A stretch of 60,933 nt of DNA, taken from a virus. Taxonomy: Duplodnaviria; Caudoviricetes. Positions 26,455-36,770 of the stretch are shown here, piece by piece. Under the pieces are notes generated by a model that had not been told where the DNA came from, made no database searches, and saw only the letters and a list, made by a program, of their open reading frames with translations. The stretch covers positions 1 through 60,933 of the IMG/VR virus record IMGVR_UViG_3300037114_000075; one strand, given 5' to 3'. The stretch's first letter is position 1. Each line of letters begins with the position of its first letter. The position numbers were made by a program, and so were the translations under genes.

Positions 26455-27419
26455 TGCCATCCGGCTACCAGACACAAATTTTTAATCAGCCTGCACAGGG
26501 CGTTGCTGGCGACCGCGCTTCGCAGAACCCGATGGCGACATTCGATGCCGGTCCAGGCGGTCTCGTCGCCGATGTCGGCGGTGTCACGGTTGGTAATTTC
26601 GCGTGGGTGATCCCCCCGACCGATCCGAACGGCACCGGCCAGATCGCGACGCAGGCCAACGGCGGCGGCAATGTGGCCGGCCTCCTCTACAACGACACTG
26701 AGGCGCTCAACACCTTCTTCCTGTCGGATGGCTCCATGGTCATCCCACAAGGCCTGCCGGTTTCGCTCGCAACGTGGGGCGATTTCTGGGTCCTAAACGG
26801 GGGGACGACCTTCGCCGAAGTCGGCATGAAGGCCTATGCGGGCTTTGGCACCGGCGTGCCGAGCTTCGCCGCAACTGGCTCCCCGACGACCGCAGCTGTC
26901 GCCACCGGATCGACCATCGCGGCGGAGACGTTCTCTGTCACCGGGTCGATCAATGGCGTCATTCTTACGGTCAGCGCAGTCGGCTCCGGTACGGTCTATC
27001 CCGGCGCGACGATCTCGGGCACGGGGATCGCGACGGGAACCAAAATCGCCTCCCAGCTTTCCGGCACGGCCGGCGGGGCCGGGACATATCTCCTCAACAT
27101 CGATCAGGGAACTGTGGCTTCGACGACCGTCTCCGGCACCTACGGGTTGCTGACGGTCGGCACGCTGACCAGCACGCCGGTCTTTGCCGTCGGCCAGACG
27201 CTTGTCGTCAGCGGCGCGGTCGTTGCCGGCACCCAAGTCACGCATCTGATCAGCGGCAGCGGCGGGACTGGCTCGACGTTTGTCGTCAACAACAACACGG
27301 TGGTCTCGTCGCAATCGATTTCGTCCGTCGGCAACGTCGAAACGAAGTGGGTGGCGGCTTCCTCGGGCGCGCCCGGCGCGCTGATCAAGATCACGAGCTG
27401 GGTCGGCACCCAGGGCTAA
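26454..27419 (+). CDS. Head decoration/cement protein with two inserted beta modules
   Basis: Immediately upstream of the capsid gene; GVAGDRAS.NP, GDFWV. Confidence 0.75.
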   Translation: MPSGYQTQIFNQPAQGVAGDRASQNPMATFDAGPGGLVADVGGVTVGNFAWVIPPTDPNGTGQIATQANGGGNVAGLLYNDTEALNTFFLSDGSMVIPQGLPVSLATWGDFWVLNGGTTFAEVGMKAYAGFGTGVPSFAATGSPTTAAVATGSTIAAETFSVTGSINGVILTVSAVGSGTVYPGATISGTGIATGTKIASQLSGTAGGAGTYLLNIDQGTVASTTVSGTYGLLTVGTLTSTPVFAVGQTLVVSGAVVAGTQVTHLISGSGGTGSTFVVNNNTVVSSQSISSVGNVETKWVAASSGAPGALIKITSWVGTQG

Positions 27420-27467
27420 GATTGACAGGCGGCTTTATGGCCGCCGCGTCACACGAAGGAGAGAGAG

Positions 27468-28634
27468 ATGCCAGAGGGACTCAGCTTCAGGTCGGTCGAT
27501 GAAGCTCGCGCTGCCTTCCGTCAGGATCGCGAGATGCTCGCCGCCAAAGGCGTCATCCTTCCGGGGACAATGCAGCGCTATCTCACCGAGCATGAGAAGC
27601 AAAGCGGCGTCCTCGCCTTCGACGGCGCGCTCGGCTTCGATGCCGTCACCGGCTATCAGAGCGGCATGAGCGGGCTTCCCGGCCCCCTCTCGACCGATCC
27701 GAACGCCGCCCTACCGTGGATGCTGACCTCGGCGATCGATCCGGAGATCATCCGCGTCATCTTCTCGCCGCTGGAATTCGCTGAAATCCTTGGCGAACGC
27801 AAAGCCGGCGTGTGGACGGAGCAGACGCGCTTCTTCCCGATTGTTGAGGGCACCGGCGAAGTCTCGTCCTATGACGACTACAACAACAACGGCCGCGCCG
27901 GGGCGAACTTCAACTATCCGCAGCTCCAGAGCTATCTTTACCAGACCATCATCCAATACGGCGAACTTCAGATCGACCGCGCCGGCTTGGCGAAGATCAA
28001 TTGGGTTTCGGAGCTTGGCCTCGCTGCGGCGGATCTGCTCAACCGCTTCCAGAACCTTTCCTATGCCTTCGGCGTCCAAGGCCTGCAGAATTACGGGCTG
28101 CTCAACAGCCCCTACATCTCGGCGGCGCTGACGCCGGCGCAGAAAGCTTGGGGCGGGACATCGTGGTTTGACAACGGCTCCCCGGCCGCGACGGCGAATG
28201 AGGTCTACAACGACATCATTGCGATGGTGAATCAGCTCGTCGCGCAGACCAACGGCGCGCTCGATATCAACTCTCCGATGACGCTCGTCATGTCGCCGCA
28301 GAGCCAGATCGCGATGACCTTCGCCAACAGCTTCGGCGCTTTCGTCAAGGCATTCTTGAAGGAAGGCTACCCGAACCTGAAGGTCAAGACGGCGCCGCAG
28401 TACGGCGCCCAGACGACCAATAACCCGCAGGGCTACTCGACGGCGGGCAACTACGTTCAGCTCATCGCCGACCAGATCCAGCGCCAGACCGTCGCCTATT
28501 GCGCCTATAATGAGAAGCTCCGCATGCACAAGATCGTGCCGGAACTCTCGTCCTGGAAGCAGAAGCAGACGAGCGGAACGTGGGGCGCTGTTATTCGCAG
28601 CCCCGTCGCGATCGCGAGCATGCTCGGCGTCTGA
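27468..28634 (+). CDS. Major capsid protein, DUF2184 family
   Basis: Strong RBS; GEVSSYDD, YGLLNSP, GTWGAVIRSP. Confidence 0.9.
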   Translation: MPEGLSFRSVDEARAAFRQDREMLAAKGVILPGTMQRYLTEHEKQSGVLAFDGALGFDAVTGYQSGMSGLPGPLSTDPNAALPWMLTSAIDPEIIRVIFSPLEFAEILGERKAGVWTEQTRFFPIVEGTGEVSSYDDYNNNGRAGANFNYPQLQSYLYQTIIQYGELQIDRAGLAKINWVSELGLAAADLLNRFQNLSYAFGVQGLQNYGLLNSPYISAALTPAQKAWGGTSWFDNGSPAATANEVYNDIIAMVNQLVAQTNGALDINSPMTLVMSPQSQIAMTFANSFGAFVKAFLKEGYPNLKVKTAPQYGAQTTNNPQGYSTAGNYVQLIADQIQRQTVAYCAYNEKLRMHKIVPELSSWKQKQTSGTWGAVIRSPVAIASMLGV

Positions 28635-28722
28635 TCTAGGGCGTTGCGCCGTCGCACGCTTAAATGACGCTGGGTGCGGTGGTCGCCGCCGATTGATTTA
28701 CTTTAACCCTTGGAGAAAAACG

Positions 28723-29349
28723 ATGCTGCCTCGCAAGCCTTCCAGATCGACTTCGGCCGATGAGCTTGAGACCGACGCCGCCGCTGCGGAAGAAAAGGCG
28801 GCGCCTGTCGTTCAGCGCCGACCTGTCTCGCAGAAGAGCGGGCGCACCGTGACTGTGGCCTGCAAGATCCCCCCTGGCTTGGTCCTCCAGCTTCAGCGGC
28901 CGTTGGAGAAATACGAGGACACCCGCGAAGGCCCGCAACCGCGGACGTATTGGGTGAAATATGGCCCGATCCACGTCGTCAAGGGGCCGGCTTATCCATG
29001 CGGCACCGTCCCGAAGGGCTTTCCCAAGCCGCCGATCATCGAAGGCGGCTATGCGCTGACGCCCGGCATCCCGGCTGACTTTTGGGAGCAATGGGCGGAG
29101 CAGAACAAGAATGCCGACTTCTTCCATCCGGCCAACGGCGCCGATCACGGAGCGATCTTCGCCTATCCCGATATGGAAGACGTTGTTGCGGCAGCCGCCG
29201 AGCAGGAAGGATGCCTTACCGGTCTCGAGCCCCTTTCGACCGACGAGGACTCGCAAGGGCGTTTGACGGATCGTCGGCTCCCGCGGCCGGCGAACATGGC
29301 GCTCACCAAGATCAGCCCCGATACTGATCGGATGAATCAGCGCGGGTGA
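28723..29349 (+). CDS. Conserved virion-cluster protein
   Basis: VTVACKIPPGL..GYALT..DFWEQW; GGAG RBS. Confidence 0.7.
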   Translation: MLPRKPSRSTSADELETDAAAAEEKAAPVVQRRPVSQKSGRTVTVACKIPPGLVLQLQRPLEKYEDTREGPQPRTYWVKYGPIHVVKGPAYPCGTVPKGFPKPPIIEGGYALTPGIPADFWEQWAEQNKNADFFHPANGADHGAIFAYPDMEDVVAAAAEQEGCLTGLEPLSTDEDSQGRLTDRRLPRPANMALTKISPDTDRMNQRG

Positions 29350-29362
29350 AGGCAACGCATCG

Positions 29363-29860
29363 GTGACCGAGAGCAACCCACCAGTCGTTTTCAGCGATGA
29401 GACCTGGGTGGGGACATACCCGGAGTTTTCTCCGCTGACGCCTCAGCAGGGGCAGGCTTATTTCAATCGGTCGTGCCTTCAATTCGCCAACTCCCGCGAC
29501 AACCCGGCATTTTCTCCATGCGGCAACGAGTTGATGGAGAACCTTTTCTATCTGCTGACATCGCATATCGCGTGGCTCTATTGCCCGAAGGACGCCAACG
29601 GCAACCCCTCGGCGACCGGCACGCTCAACCGCCTCGTCGGCCGTGTGTCCGGCGCGACCGAAGGTTCGGTCAATGTGCAGCTCGCCTATGAGAACAGCGG
29701 TTCGCCGAACGAAGCCTATTATGCGCAGACGCCGTATGGGCTAGAGTTCTGGAATGCGACGGCCAATTTCCGCACCGCGCGCTATCTCGCCCGGCCTACG
29801 GTCGTCATCAATGGCGTGTTCCCAGGCGTGTGGAATCGCGGTGGGTTCTATCGCCGGTAA
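29363..29860 (+). CDS. Head-tail adaptor, DUF4054 family
   Basis: YPEF..LLTSHIA..GRVSGATEGSVNV..QTPYG. Confidence 0.85.
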   Translation: MTESNPPVVFSDETWVGTYPEFSPLTPQQGQAYFNRSCLQFANSRDNPAFSPCGNELMENLFYLLTSHIAWLYCPKDANGNPSATGTLNRLVGRVSGATEGSVNVQLAYENSGSPNEAYYAQTPYGLEFWNATANFRTARYLARPTVVINGVFPGVWNRGGFYRR

Positions 29861-29916
29861 GAAATCTGTGGAAAACTTTTGCCAATCCACAGGAATTTTG
29901 ATGAGGAGAAAAGGTC

Positions 29917-30432
29917 ATGGACATCGATGAAATCGGGCGCCGTCTGACGGCGTTGGAAGAGAGGGTGGTTCGCTTGGAGGGGTGGCAAACGGTCGGACCC
30001 GTAGCCCTTGTCGGCACTCATCCAGCGATCGATCGCAGGAACGCAGCGCACCAGCAAATCTACGACAAGGATTTCGACGGCGCGGCTTCGACCCTCAATC
30101 TACCGATCGCCAAAGGCGAAAGCGCGGAGAGCCATCAGCGTCGGCTGCACGCCGAAGTCTACGGCGCCAAGGCTGCCGATGCCGAGCGTCCGCGGGCAAA
30201 GGGTGACGACAAGACGAAGCCAGGGGCAGATCGAGGCGATCCCGATACCAGACGCGAACCCTCACCGCGCGAAGGTCTCGGTCCAGGAAGTGCCGACCCC
30301 ATGATGGAGAGACCGCAAGCCATCGGCTCCGAAACCGTCCATGAGGAACGCGTGCGGACGAGCGTCATTGATCCGCTGCCGGCAGCGCAGCCGCTCTATC
30401 CAGCAGCCCCGGTCGTCGAAGCCAAAGTATGA
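29917..30432 (+). CDS. Hypothetical protein
   Basis: GAGGAG RBS. Confidence 0.65.
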   Translation: MDIDEIGRRLTALEERVVRLEGWQTVGPVALVGTHPAIDRRNAAHQQIYDKDFDGAASTLNLPIAKGESAESHQRRLHAEVYGAKAADAERPRAKGDDKTKPGADRGDPDTRREPSPREGLGPGSADPMMERPQAIGSETVHEERVRTSVIDPLPAAQPLYPAAPVVEAKV

Positions 30433-30491
30433 CGGCTTGATGATTCTGATCGGCGGTTCTTTGGAGCCGCCGATTTTGCTTGAGGCGAGAG

Positions 30492-31034
30492 ATGGCGACC
30501 ATCAGCGGCGGCGAGCGCCTGGAAGCGGCTCTGCGGAAATTGTCCGATAAGGTCTCCACTCCAGGAACGTTGCGAGTCGGATTTCTGGAAGGGGCTCGTT
30601 ATCCAAACGGAACTCCGGTTGCCATGGTCGCTGCGATTCAGGAATACGGCGCGCCGAGCAGGAAAATTCCGCCGCGGCCGTTCTTCCGCAACATGATCGC
30701 GGACAAGAGCCCGGAATGGCCTAGCGCCATCGGAGCGAATCTGGTCGCGACCAATTATGACACCGGCCGAACGCTCGACCTCGCCGGCGCGGCGATAGCG
30801 GGGCAGTTGCGCGAGTCGATCATAAAGATGAACTCGCCGCCATTAAGCCCCGTCACCCTGATGCTGCGGATGATGAAGAAGAACGATCCCGATCTGGTCG
30901 TCACCGGGAGGACGGTCGGCGAGGCCGCGCGCCGCGTCGCGGCGGGCGAAACCGCCTCTGGCGTCTCGACGAAGGTTTTGGTCGATACCGGTTTCATGTT
31001 AGACAGGATCGATTTCGAAGTTAAGAGTTCTTGA
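30492..31034 (+). CDS. Neck/virion morphogenesis protein
   Basis: VGFL..EYG..IPPRPF..LVDTG. Confidence 0.8.
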   Translation: MATISGGERLEAALRKLSDKVSTPGTLRVGFLEGARYPNGTPVAMVAAIQEYGAPSRKIPPRPFFRNMIADKSPEWPSAIGANLVATNYDTGRTLDLAGAAIAGQLRESIIKMNSPPLSPVTLMLRMMKKNDPDLVVTGRTVGEAARRVAAGETASGVSTKVLVDTGFMLDRIDFEVKSS

Positions 31035-31045
31035 AGGAGGACGAG

Positions 31046-31834
31046 ATGAAAAAGCTACATAGCAGGTTCGGGTTGATCTCGGGTTTGGGGTTGCTGATCT
31101 CCGCGCTACCGGCTTTTGCGGCGCCATCGACCGTCAACGATCAGATTCCTGCACCGGTCCCTTCCGCCTCGAACACCACCTTGGGTTCGGAGGTCCTTCT
31201 CCAGAGCTATTCGGTGGGCGGCGGCACTCTCTATCAGAGTTGTTTCCGGGGTTCTGGCGGTCAGGGCGCGGGCGGCAACGGCGGCATTCCTCTGGATTGT
31301 TCTGGCCTCGCCTTCGTCCCGACGAACCTTTCCGGTTCCTTCACCCGTTACATTTCGTTGGCCGATGCTCGGGAAGACAGCGGGCTTCCGCCGACATCGG
31401 CAACCGGATCTGCGACGGCTTTCGGCGTTGCTAGGACGGCTGGCGCATCTTACTCTCTCGTCGGTGCCGCTACCTCGGCCAGTGCGGTCACGACCAAGGC
31501 GATGTGGGAAACCAATGTCGCCTCGACTTACCAAAGCGGAACGGCGATCCCGATTGTGGTCAACGGAAATTATACCGGAAGCGGCACCGTTACGGCGGCG
31601 TCGACCACTTTTTCTGTCGCAGCTTATACAGAGGTGGGCGGCGTCGAGACGGCGATCTCGGGGGTAACCGCAGCGCAGCAATTCACCGGCACGCCGGCCA
31701 ATTACACCTTCAACATTCCGTCGACCGCAGGACTCGTCCCCGGCCAGCATATCGCCATCGAAGTCACAATGCTGGTCACGACCTCGGCCAATGCAGCGAC
31801 CGGGCAGATCAACGCCATCGGCGTCACAGACTAA
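31046..31834 (+). CDS. Beta-rich protein with Sec-type signal peptide in the neck module
   Basis: MKKLHSRFGLISGLGLLISALPAFA; AGGAGG RBS. Confidence 0.75.
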   Translation: MKKLHSRFGLISGLGLLISALPAFAAPSTVNDQIPAPVPSASNTTLGSEVLLQSYSVGGGTLYQSCFRGSGGQGAGGNGGIPLDCSGLAFVPTNLSGSFTRYISLADAREDSGLPPTSATGSATAFGVARTAGASYSLVGAATSASAVTTKAMWETNVASTYQSGTAIPIVVNGNYTGSGTVTAASTTFSVAAYTEVGGVETAISGVTAAQQFTGTPANYTFNIPSTAGLVPGQHIAIEVTMLVTTSANAATGQINAIGVTD

Positions 31835-31878
31835 GCCTTTGATGGCTCCAGCGGCGCGGCGCGCGCGGGAGGCGGCGA

Positions 31879-32715
31879 TTGAATCTTCATCAAGTCGCCT
31901 CCCAGATTGTCGGGGCAATAAATCCGAATCAGGTCGTCGCAGTTCGCAGCAGCATCGGGCCGCTGATCTTGGCAGATGGAAAAGAGGTTCCGAAATACGC
32001 GACGCCTGGGGCGATCACGGCGAGCATCGGCGGGGCTTTCACCGCCTCGGTTCCAGATCCGACCAATCCGACCACTCTCGTCGTTTCCGCCGTTCTGACC
32101 GGCTCTCTTCGGCCCGGCGATGCCGTCTCGGGAACCGACGGCACGAACGCGCTCCCGGTGGGCGCGACGATCATCAAGCAGCTTTCCGGGACGCCCGGCG
32201 CGGCCGGTAGCTATCAGCTCAGCGCCGGGCCGACGACTGGCGCCCTTGAGGCTTGCGAGGTCACCTCAGCCAGTACGGTGCTCAATGTCTCGGTCGTGGC
32301 CAGCGGTGTCCTTCAGCCGGCTCAGACGCTCTCCGATATGACTTCGGCTTTGACCTCCGGCACGATGATCACGTCGCAAATCTCCGGGCTACCCGGCGGC
32401 GCTGGGCTCTATCAATTGAGCGATCAACAAACCGTCGCCAGCGAATCGATGCAGACGTCGATGTCTATCGTCGCGCAGGTCCAAGCGCTGACCGGCGGCG
32501 ATCTCCGCCACATGGATGCCCTTAACCTTCAAGGCTCGCACCGGTCGCTCTATTTCAGCGCCAATGTCCGCGGCGCGGTGCGTGTCTCATTGCGCGGCGG
32601 CGATCTCGTCACGATGCCGGATGGTTCAACTTGGTTGGTGACGCAAGTCGCAGAGCCGTTCTACCACACGGCCGGTTGGCAAAAGGTGATCGTTACTTTG
32701 CAGGCAGGGAGCTGA
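31879..32715 (+). CDS. Head-tail joining protein with two inserted beta modules
   Basis: MNLH..INP; QVQAL..LNLQG..GGDL..WLV. Confidence 0.75.
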   Translation: MNLHQVASQIVGAINPNQVVAVRSSIGPLILADGKEVPKYATPGAITASIGGAFTASVPDPTNPTTLVVSAVLTGSLRPGDAVSGTDGTNALPVGATIIKQLSGTPGAAGSYQLSAGPTTGALEACEVTSASTVLNVSVVASGVLQPAQTLSDMTSALTSGTMITSQISGLPGGAGLYQLSDQQTVASESMQTSMSIVAQVQALTGGDLRHMDALNLQGSHRSLYFSANVRGAVRVSLRGGDLVTMPDGSTWLVTQVAEPFYHTAGWQKVIVTLQAGS

Positions 32716-32718
32716 GAT

Positions 32719-33096
32719 ATGTTCAAGACCAAGTTCAAATTTGCGGTCGCGCTGATCGCGGCGCTTGCGCCAACCATTGCGCTCGCTCAAGGGACGGTTC
32801 CAGGGCAATACATGGTCCCGCTCGGCTATTGCCGGCTTACGGCTACAACGCTCGAATCGGCGACGCCGCTTTCCTCGTGCAGCGGAGGAATCCCCGCGGG
32901 CGCCAGCATGGCGGCTATTCAAGCCGAGACGGCCGCTGTCCGCTATCGGGACGACGGCACGGCGCCGACGGCCTCGGTCGGGATGGAGATCGTCAGCGGC
33001 GCGAATCCTATGCTCTACACCGGGACGCTATCCGAGCTTCAATTCATCGCCGCGAGCGGATCGCCTCTCCTCGATGTAGTTTTCTACCGGCAGTGA
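32719..33096 (+). CDS. Small beta protein with Sec-type signal peptide
   Basis: MFKTKFKFAVALIAALAPTIALA|Q; VRYRDDGTAPTASVG. Confidence 0.75.
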   Translation: MFKTKFKFAVALIAALAPTIALAQGTVPGQYMVPLGYCRLTATTLESATPLSSCSGGIPAGASMAAIQAETAAVRYRDDGTAPTASVGMEIVSGANPMLYTGTLSELQFIAASGSPLLDVVFYRQ

Positions 33097-33097
33097 A

Positions 33098-34069
33098 ATG
33101 GCCTCGATCTCGCCGACTCAATCGAACGCGCAAGCCGCTCTCCGGGCATTCATCCTCGGTATCCTGCCGGCTTTGCCCGGCGGCGGAGGCCCAGCCGTTT
33201 TCTCCGGCTCGATCGAGGGCTCAGCCCTCACGGTGACCGAGGTAATGCTCGGGGCGATCCTAGCGGGCGCGCCGGTGCTCGGCGCCGCGCCGGGAACGCT
33301 CATTGTCGAGCAGACCGAGGGACCCGCAGGCGGGATCGGCACCTACACGGTATCCATTTCTCAGATCATCGGCTCGCCCCCGAGCGGGGCAAATATGGCG
33401 ACGGGCGTCACCGTGATCGCCGGCCAGCAGAACCGCGCCGCAGAGCCGGTCAATCCATGGTTCGTCGTCATGACGCCGATCTCATTCAGGCGGCTCTCGA
33501 CCAACGTCGACGAGGCTCAGGACTGCAAGTTCGTCGCCTCGATCGCCGATACCGAGATGACGGTGACCGAACTCGATGATGGCGCTCTCGCCGTTGGAAA
33601 CCAAATCTTTGGGCCTGGCGTCGCGGCGGGCACCCGCGTGGCGGCCTTCGACAGCGGAAGCGGCGGAATCGGAACCTATGATGTCGCCCCGCCTCAGACC
33701 GTCGCCAGCGAGATCATGTCGGCCGGCACGAAGACGATGACGCAGAATGTCCAGGTCACCATTCAGTGCGATTTCCACTCCCCCGACTTCATCGCTGGCG
33801 ATTTCGCGCAGACTGTAAGCACGGCACTTCGAGACGAGTTCGGTGTCAATTTCTTCGCTGGCCTTGCCGCGCCCCTCAACGGCGTCGTTCCGCTTTATGG
33901 CGATGATCCGAAGCAGACGCCATTTGTGAACGCGGAAAATGCTTATGAATGGCGGTGGGTCTTGGACGTCGAGCTTGAGGTCGAGCAGGTGGTCACGGTC
34001 CCGCAGCTTTATGCCGATTCCGTCATCCCGACTCTCTTTTCCGTCGAAGCAGAGTTCCCGCCTTCCTGA
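33098..34069 (+). CDS. Tail terminator-like protein with two inserted beta modules
   Basis: GQQNR..P, IQCDF, PLY.DDP..YEWRW; precedes the sheath gene. Confidence 0.75.
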   Translation: MASISPTQSNAQAALRAFILGILPALPGGGGPAVFSGSIEGSALTVTEVMLGAILAGAPVLGAAPGTLIVEQTEGPAGGIGTYTVSISQIIGSPPSGANMATGVTVIAGQQNRAAEPVNPWFVVMTPISFRRLSTNVDEAQDCKFVASIADTEMTVTELDDGALAVGNQIFGPGVAAGTRVAAFDSGSGGIGTYDVAPPQTVASEIMSAGTKTMTQNVQVTIQCDFHSPDFIAGDFAQTVSTALRDEFGVNFFAGLAAPLNGVVPLYGDDPKQTPFVNAENAYEWRWVLDVELEVEQVVTVPQLYADSVIPTLFSVEAEFPPS

Positions 34070-34154
34070 AGGGGACAGCGCGACAGGCATAATTGTGGAA
34101 TCCGGCGCGCCGTGTTAATCCTTAGCGGCGCAGAAGCGCGAGGAGGGCCTGACG

Positions 34155-36107
34155 TTGACGACAATTCCGGCCAGCACAATCGTAAACGTCGTTCCGAGCG
34201 TCATCGGAGCTGGCGGGACCGGCCTCAACGGCACCGGCCTGATGTTGTCCTACAACTCGCGCATCCCCAGCGGGACCATACTCAGCTTTCAAGATGATCT
34301 AGCCGTCGAAGATTATTTCGGCGTCGGTTCCTTCGAAGCTGCGGAAGCCGCCGACTATTTCGCTGGGTTCAACGGTGCAACGATATCGCCCAGCACATTG
34401 ATGATGGCGCGGTTCAATCAGATCAGTATTCCCGCTTTCCTCCGCGGCGGTGATATCGCAGGGCTCACCCTCGCGCAGCTTCAATCGATCTCCGGCTCTC
34501 TCGACATTCTCATCGATGGGGTTGCGCACAATGCGGCCTCGGTGAATCTCAGCGCCGTGACGAGCTTCTCGAATGCAGCGGCGACCATCGCAACCGCGCT
34601 CAACGGTTCGCTCGCCAATCTCTTCACTGGAACCGGCGCCATCGCGGCGGAAACCGCAGATTTCACTGCATCGATCGCCGGCCTCACCATGACGGTTACG
34701 ACTGTTGCCTCCGGTAAGATTGTCGAGGGCGGCGCCCTCGCTGGAAGCGGCGTGACTTCGGGAACGCTCGTCGGCGCACAGCTCAGCGGGACGCCTGGCG
34801 GAATCGGAATCTATGCGGTCTCGATCTCTCAGATCGTGGCTTCCGAGGCCCTCACGGAGACCTATGGCGAGCTTACCGTCACAGCGGTCTCTAGCGGCGC
34901 CCTCGCCGTTGGCCAGACGCTCGGCGGGGCAACCGTCGAGGCGGGAACCATCATCACAGCCCTCGGGACAGGAACGGGTGGGGATGGCACATATTTCGTC
35001 AATCTGACGCAGACCATCGCCAGCGAAGCGATCACGTCGACGGGCACGGCGGCAACGGTCGCCTTCGATTCTGTCAGCGGCGCCTTCGTCACCACGTCGG
35101 GCATCGTCGGCGCGGCTTCGACGATGGCTTATGCCACCGGCACTGCGGCCGCAGCTTTGATGCTGACCTCGGCGACGGGCGCTGTCATTTCGCAGGGCGC
35201 GGAGGCTCAGTCGCCCTCGACCTTCATGTCCGCGTTGATCATCCAGAATTCGTCCTGGGTCAATTTCATGACCCTTATGGATCCGGACCACGGAAGCGGG
35301 AACGCCATCAAGCAGGAATTCGCAGCTTGGAAAGATACCGCGCTCGGCGGGAATCGGTTCGGTTATTTCTGCTGGGATCCGGACGATTCGCCGGCGACGC
35401 AATCCGATGCAGCGGCGAGCCTTGGCCAAATTCTCAAAGCGAACGGCGATTCCGGCACGCTTCTCATCTGGGAAGGGGGCCAAACGGAGGATAGCGGCCT
35501 TTGTGCTTTCGCTCTCGGCTGGGCGGCGTCGGTCAATTACGCTCAGACCAATGGCCGCGCGACGCTCGACTTCCGCGCGCAGGCCGGGATCGTCGCCAAC
35601 GTCACCGATCCGCTGACCTCGGGAAATCTCGATTCCAACGGCTACAATTATTACGCCGCCATAGGTGCCGGGAACGCAAATTTCATCTGGTTTCAAACCG
35701 GCCAGATCACCGGCGAATATGCGTGGGCCGACAGTTACCAGACACAGATCTGGCTCAACAGTTTTTTCACCGTCCAGCTTCTGACGCTATTCCAGAACGT
35801 GCTCCGAGTGCCGTTCTCCTCTGCGGGCATCACGCTCATCGAAGAGACCTGCCAGACAGTCATTCAGCAAGGGCTCGCCTTCGGCGCCTTCGGTCCCGAC
35901 ACGCTGACGCCCGGCCAAATCGCCGAGATCAACAATCAAGCCGGCGCGAACGTCGCCTCAGTGCTTCAAAGCCAGGGCTATTACCTTCAGGTCCTATTGC
36001 CGGAGCAGGAAATCCAGGCCGCGCGCGGCCCATGGCCGATAACATTTTGGTACATCGACCAAGGGGCAGTCCAGAAGATCGACATGTCGTCGATCGCGGT
36101 GCAATGA
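34155..36107 (+). CDS. Tail sheath protein, DUF3383 family
   Basis: IPASTIVNVVP, YFG..E, NGYNYY, WYIDQGAVQKI. Confidence 0.9.
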   Translation: MTTIPASTIVNVVPSVIGAGGTGLNGTGLMLSYNSRIPSGTILSFQDDLAVEDYFGVGSFEAAEAADYFAGFNGATISPSTLMMARFNQISIPAFLRGGDIAGLTLAQLQSISGSLDILIDGVAHNAASVNLSAVTSFSNAAATIATALNGSLANLFTGTGAIAAETADFTASIAGLTMTVTTVASGKIVEGGALAGSGVTSGTLVGAQLSGTPGGIGIYAVSISQIVASEALTETYGELTVTAVSSGALAVGQTLGGATVEAGTIITALGTGTGGDGTYFVNLTQTIASEAITSTGTAATVAFDSVSGAFVTTSGIVGAASTMAYATGTAAAALMLTSATGAVISQGAEAQSPSTFMSALIIQNSSWVNFMTLMDPDHGSGNAIKQEFAAWKDTALGGNRFGYFCWDPDDSPATQSDAAASLGQILKANGDSGTLLIWEGGQTEDSGLCAFALGWAASVNYAQTNGRATLDFRAQAGIVANVTDPLTSGNLDSNGYNYYAAIGAGNANFIWFQTGQITGEYAWADSYQTQIWLNSFFTVQLLTLFQNVLRVPFSSAGITLIEETCQTVIQQGLAFGAFGPDTLTPGQIAEINNQAGANVASVLQSQGYYLQVLLPEQEIQAARGPWPITFWYIDQGAVQKIDMSSIAVQ

Positions 36108-36120
36108 CGGAATCCGAACG

Positions 36121-36552
36121 ATGTCTCTGACCGGCGCCAACTCAGCCATTGCGATCACGCAAGCCGTTCTGTTCCCGACCGCTCAGAGCCTTCAAGGTTT
36201 CGCGGCGGATGACGTCACCGACATGGATCCTGTCGAGATCGTCGAATATCTGATGGGCGTAGATGGCGTTCTCTCGGCTGGCTTCACTTGGAAGCCGCGC
36301 CTGCAGAAGATCAGGCTGCAGGCAGATTCGGCATCGAATCTCGTCTTCGACACGATCAACAATCAGTCGCAGGCCGTCCAGGACGTCTATGCGCTCTCCG
36401 CGACGATCCTGCTCCCCGCGATCGGCTTGAAGTTCACCTGCTCGAACGGATTTCTAAGGAACTACAAGCCGATGCCGGCGGTCAAGCGCCTTATCCAGCC
36501 GCGCGATTACGAGATCGTCTGGAACTCGGTCATCCCGGCGCTGACCGGCTGA
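36121..36552 (+). CDS. Tail tube protein
   Basis: LQGFAADD..MGVDG.LSAG..LQADS.S; follows the sheath gene. Confidence 0.85.
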   Translation: MSLTGANSAIAITQAVLFPTAQSLQGFAADDVTDMDPVEIVEYLMGVDGVLSAGFTWKPRLQKIRLQADSASNLVFDTINNQSQAVQDVYALSATILLPAIGLKFTCSNGFLRNYKPMPAVKRLIQPRDYEIVWNSVIPALTG

Positions 36553-36770
36553 TGGTCGGATCGTCCCAAGGATCGCCGTGCCGCTGGTGCGGGGAAGAGC
36601 ACGGACCTCTTTGTCCGTGGATCAAGGCCTTGGAGTTCGATGCCGGCGGCAATGTCATCCGGGCTGAATTCGTCACAGCGGCCGATTTTCCCCGCGCGGC
36701 GCCAGATGGTGAGAAATCTTCCGACGTGCCGAATTACGAAACCTTCAAACCGACGGGAGTTCGCAGGTGA
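36552..36770 (+). CDS. Small Cys/His protein
   Basis: CRWC..H..C; overlaps at both ends. Confidence 0.6.
   Translation: MVGSSQGSPCRWCGEEHGPLCPWIKALEFDAGGNVIRAEFVTAADFPRAAPDGEKSSDVPNYETFKPTGVRR

Noticed and set aside
27428-30473. Hairpins at ~27428-27445 and ~30449-30473 as intrinsic terminators
   Set aside because: The first has no U-tract and the second only a short one, and both lie just before an RBS inside the late operon; function is unresolved
34299-35696. 465-aa minus-strand ORF
   Set aside because: Antisense shadow of the sheath gene in GC-rich DNA; no recognisable motifs
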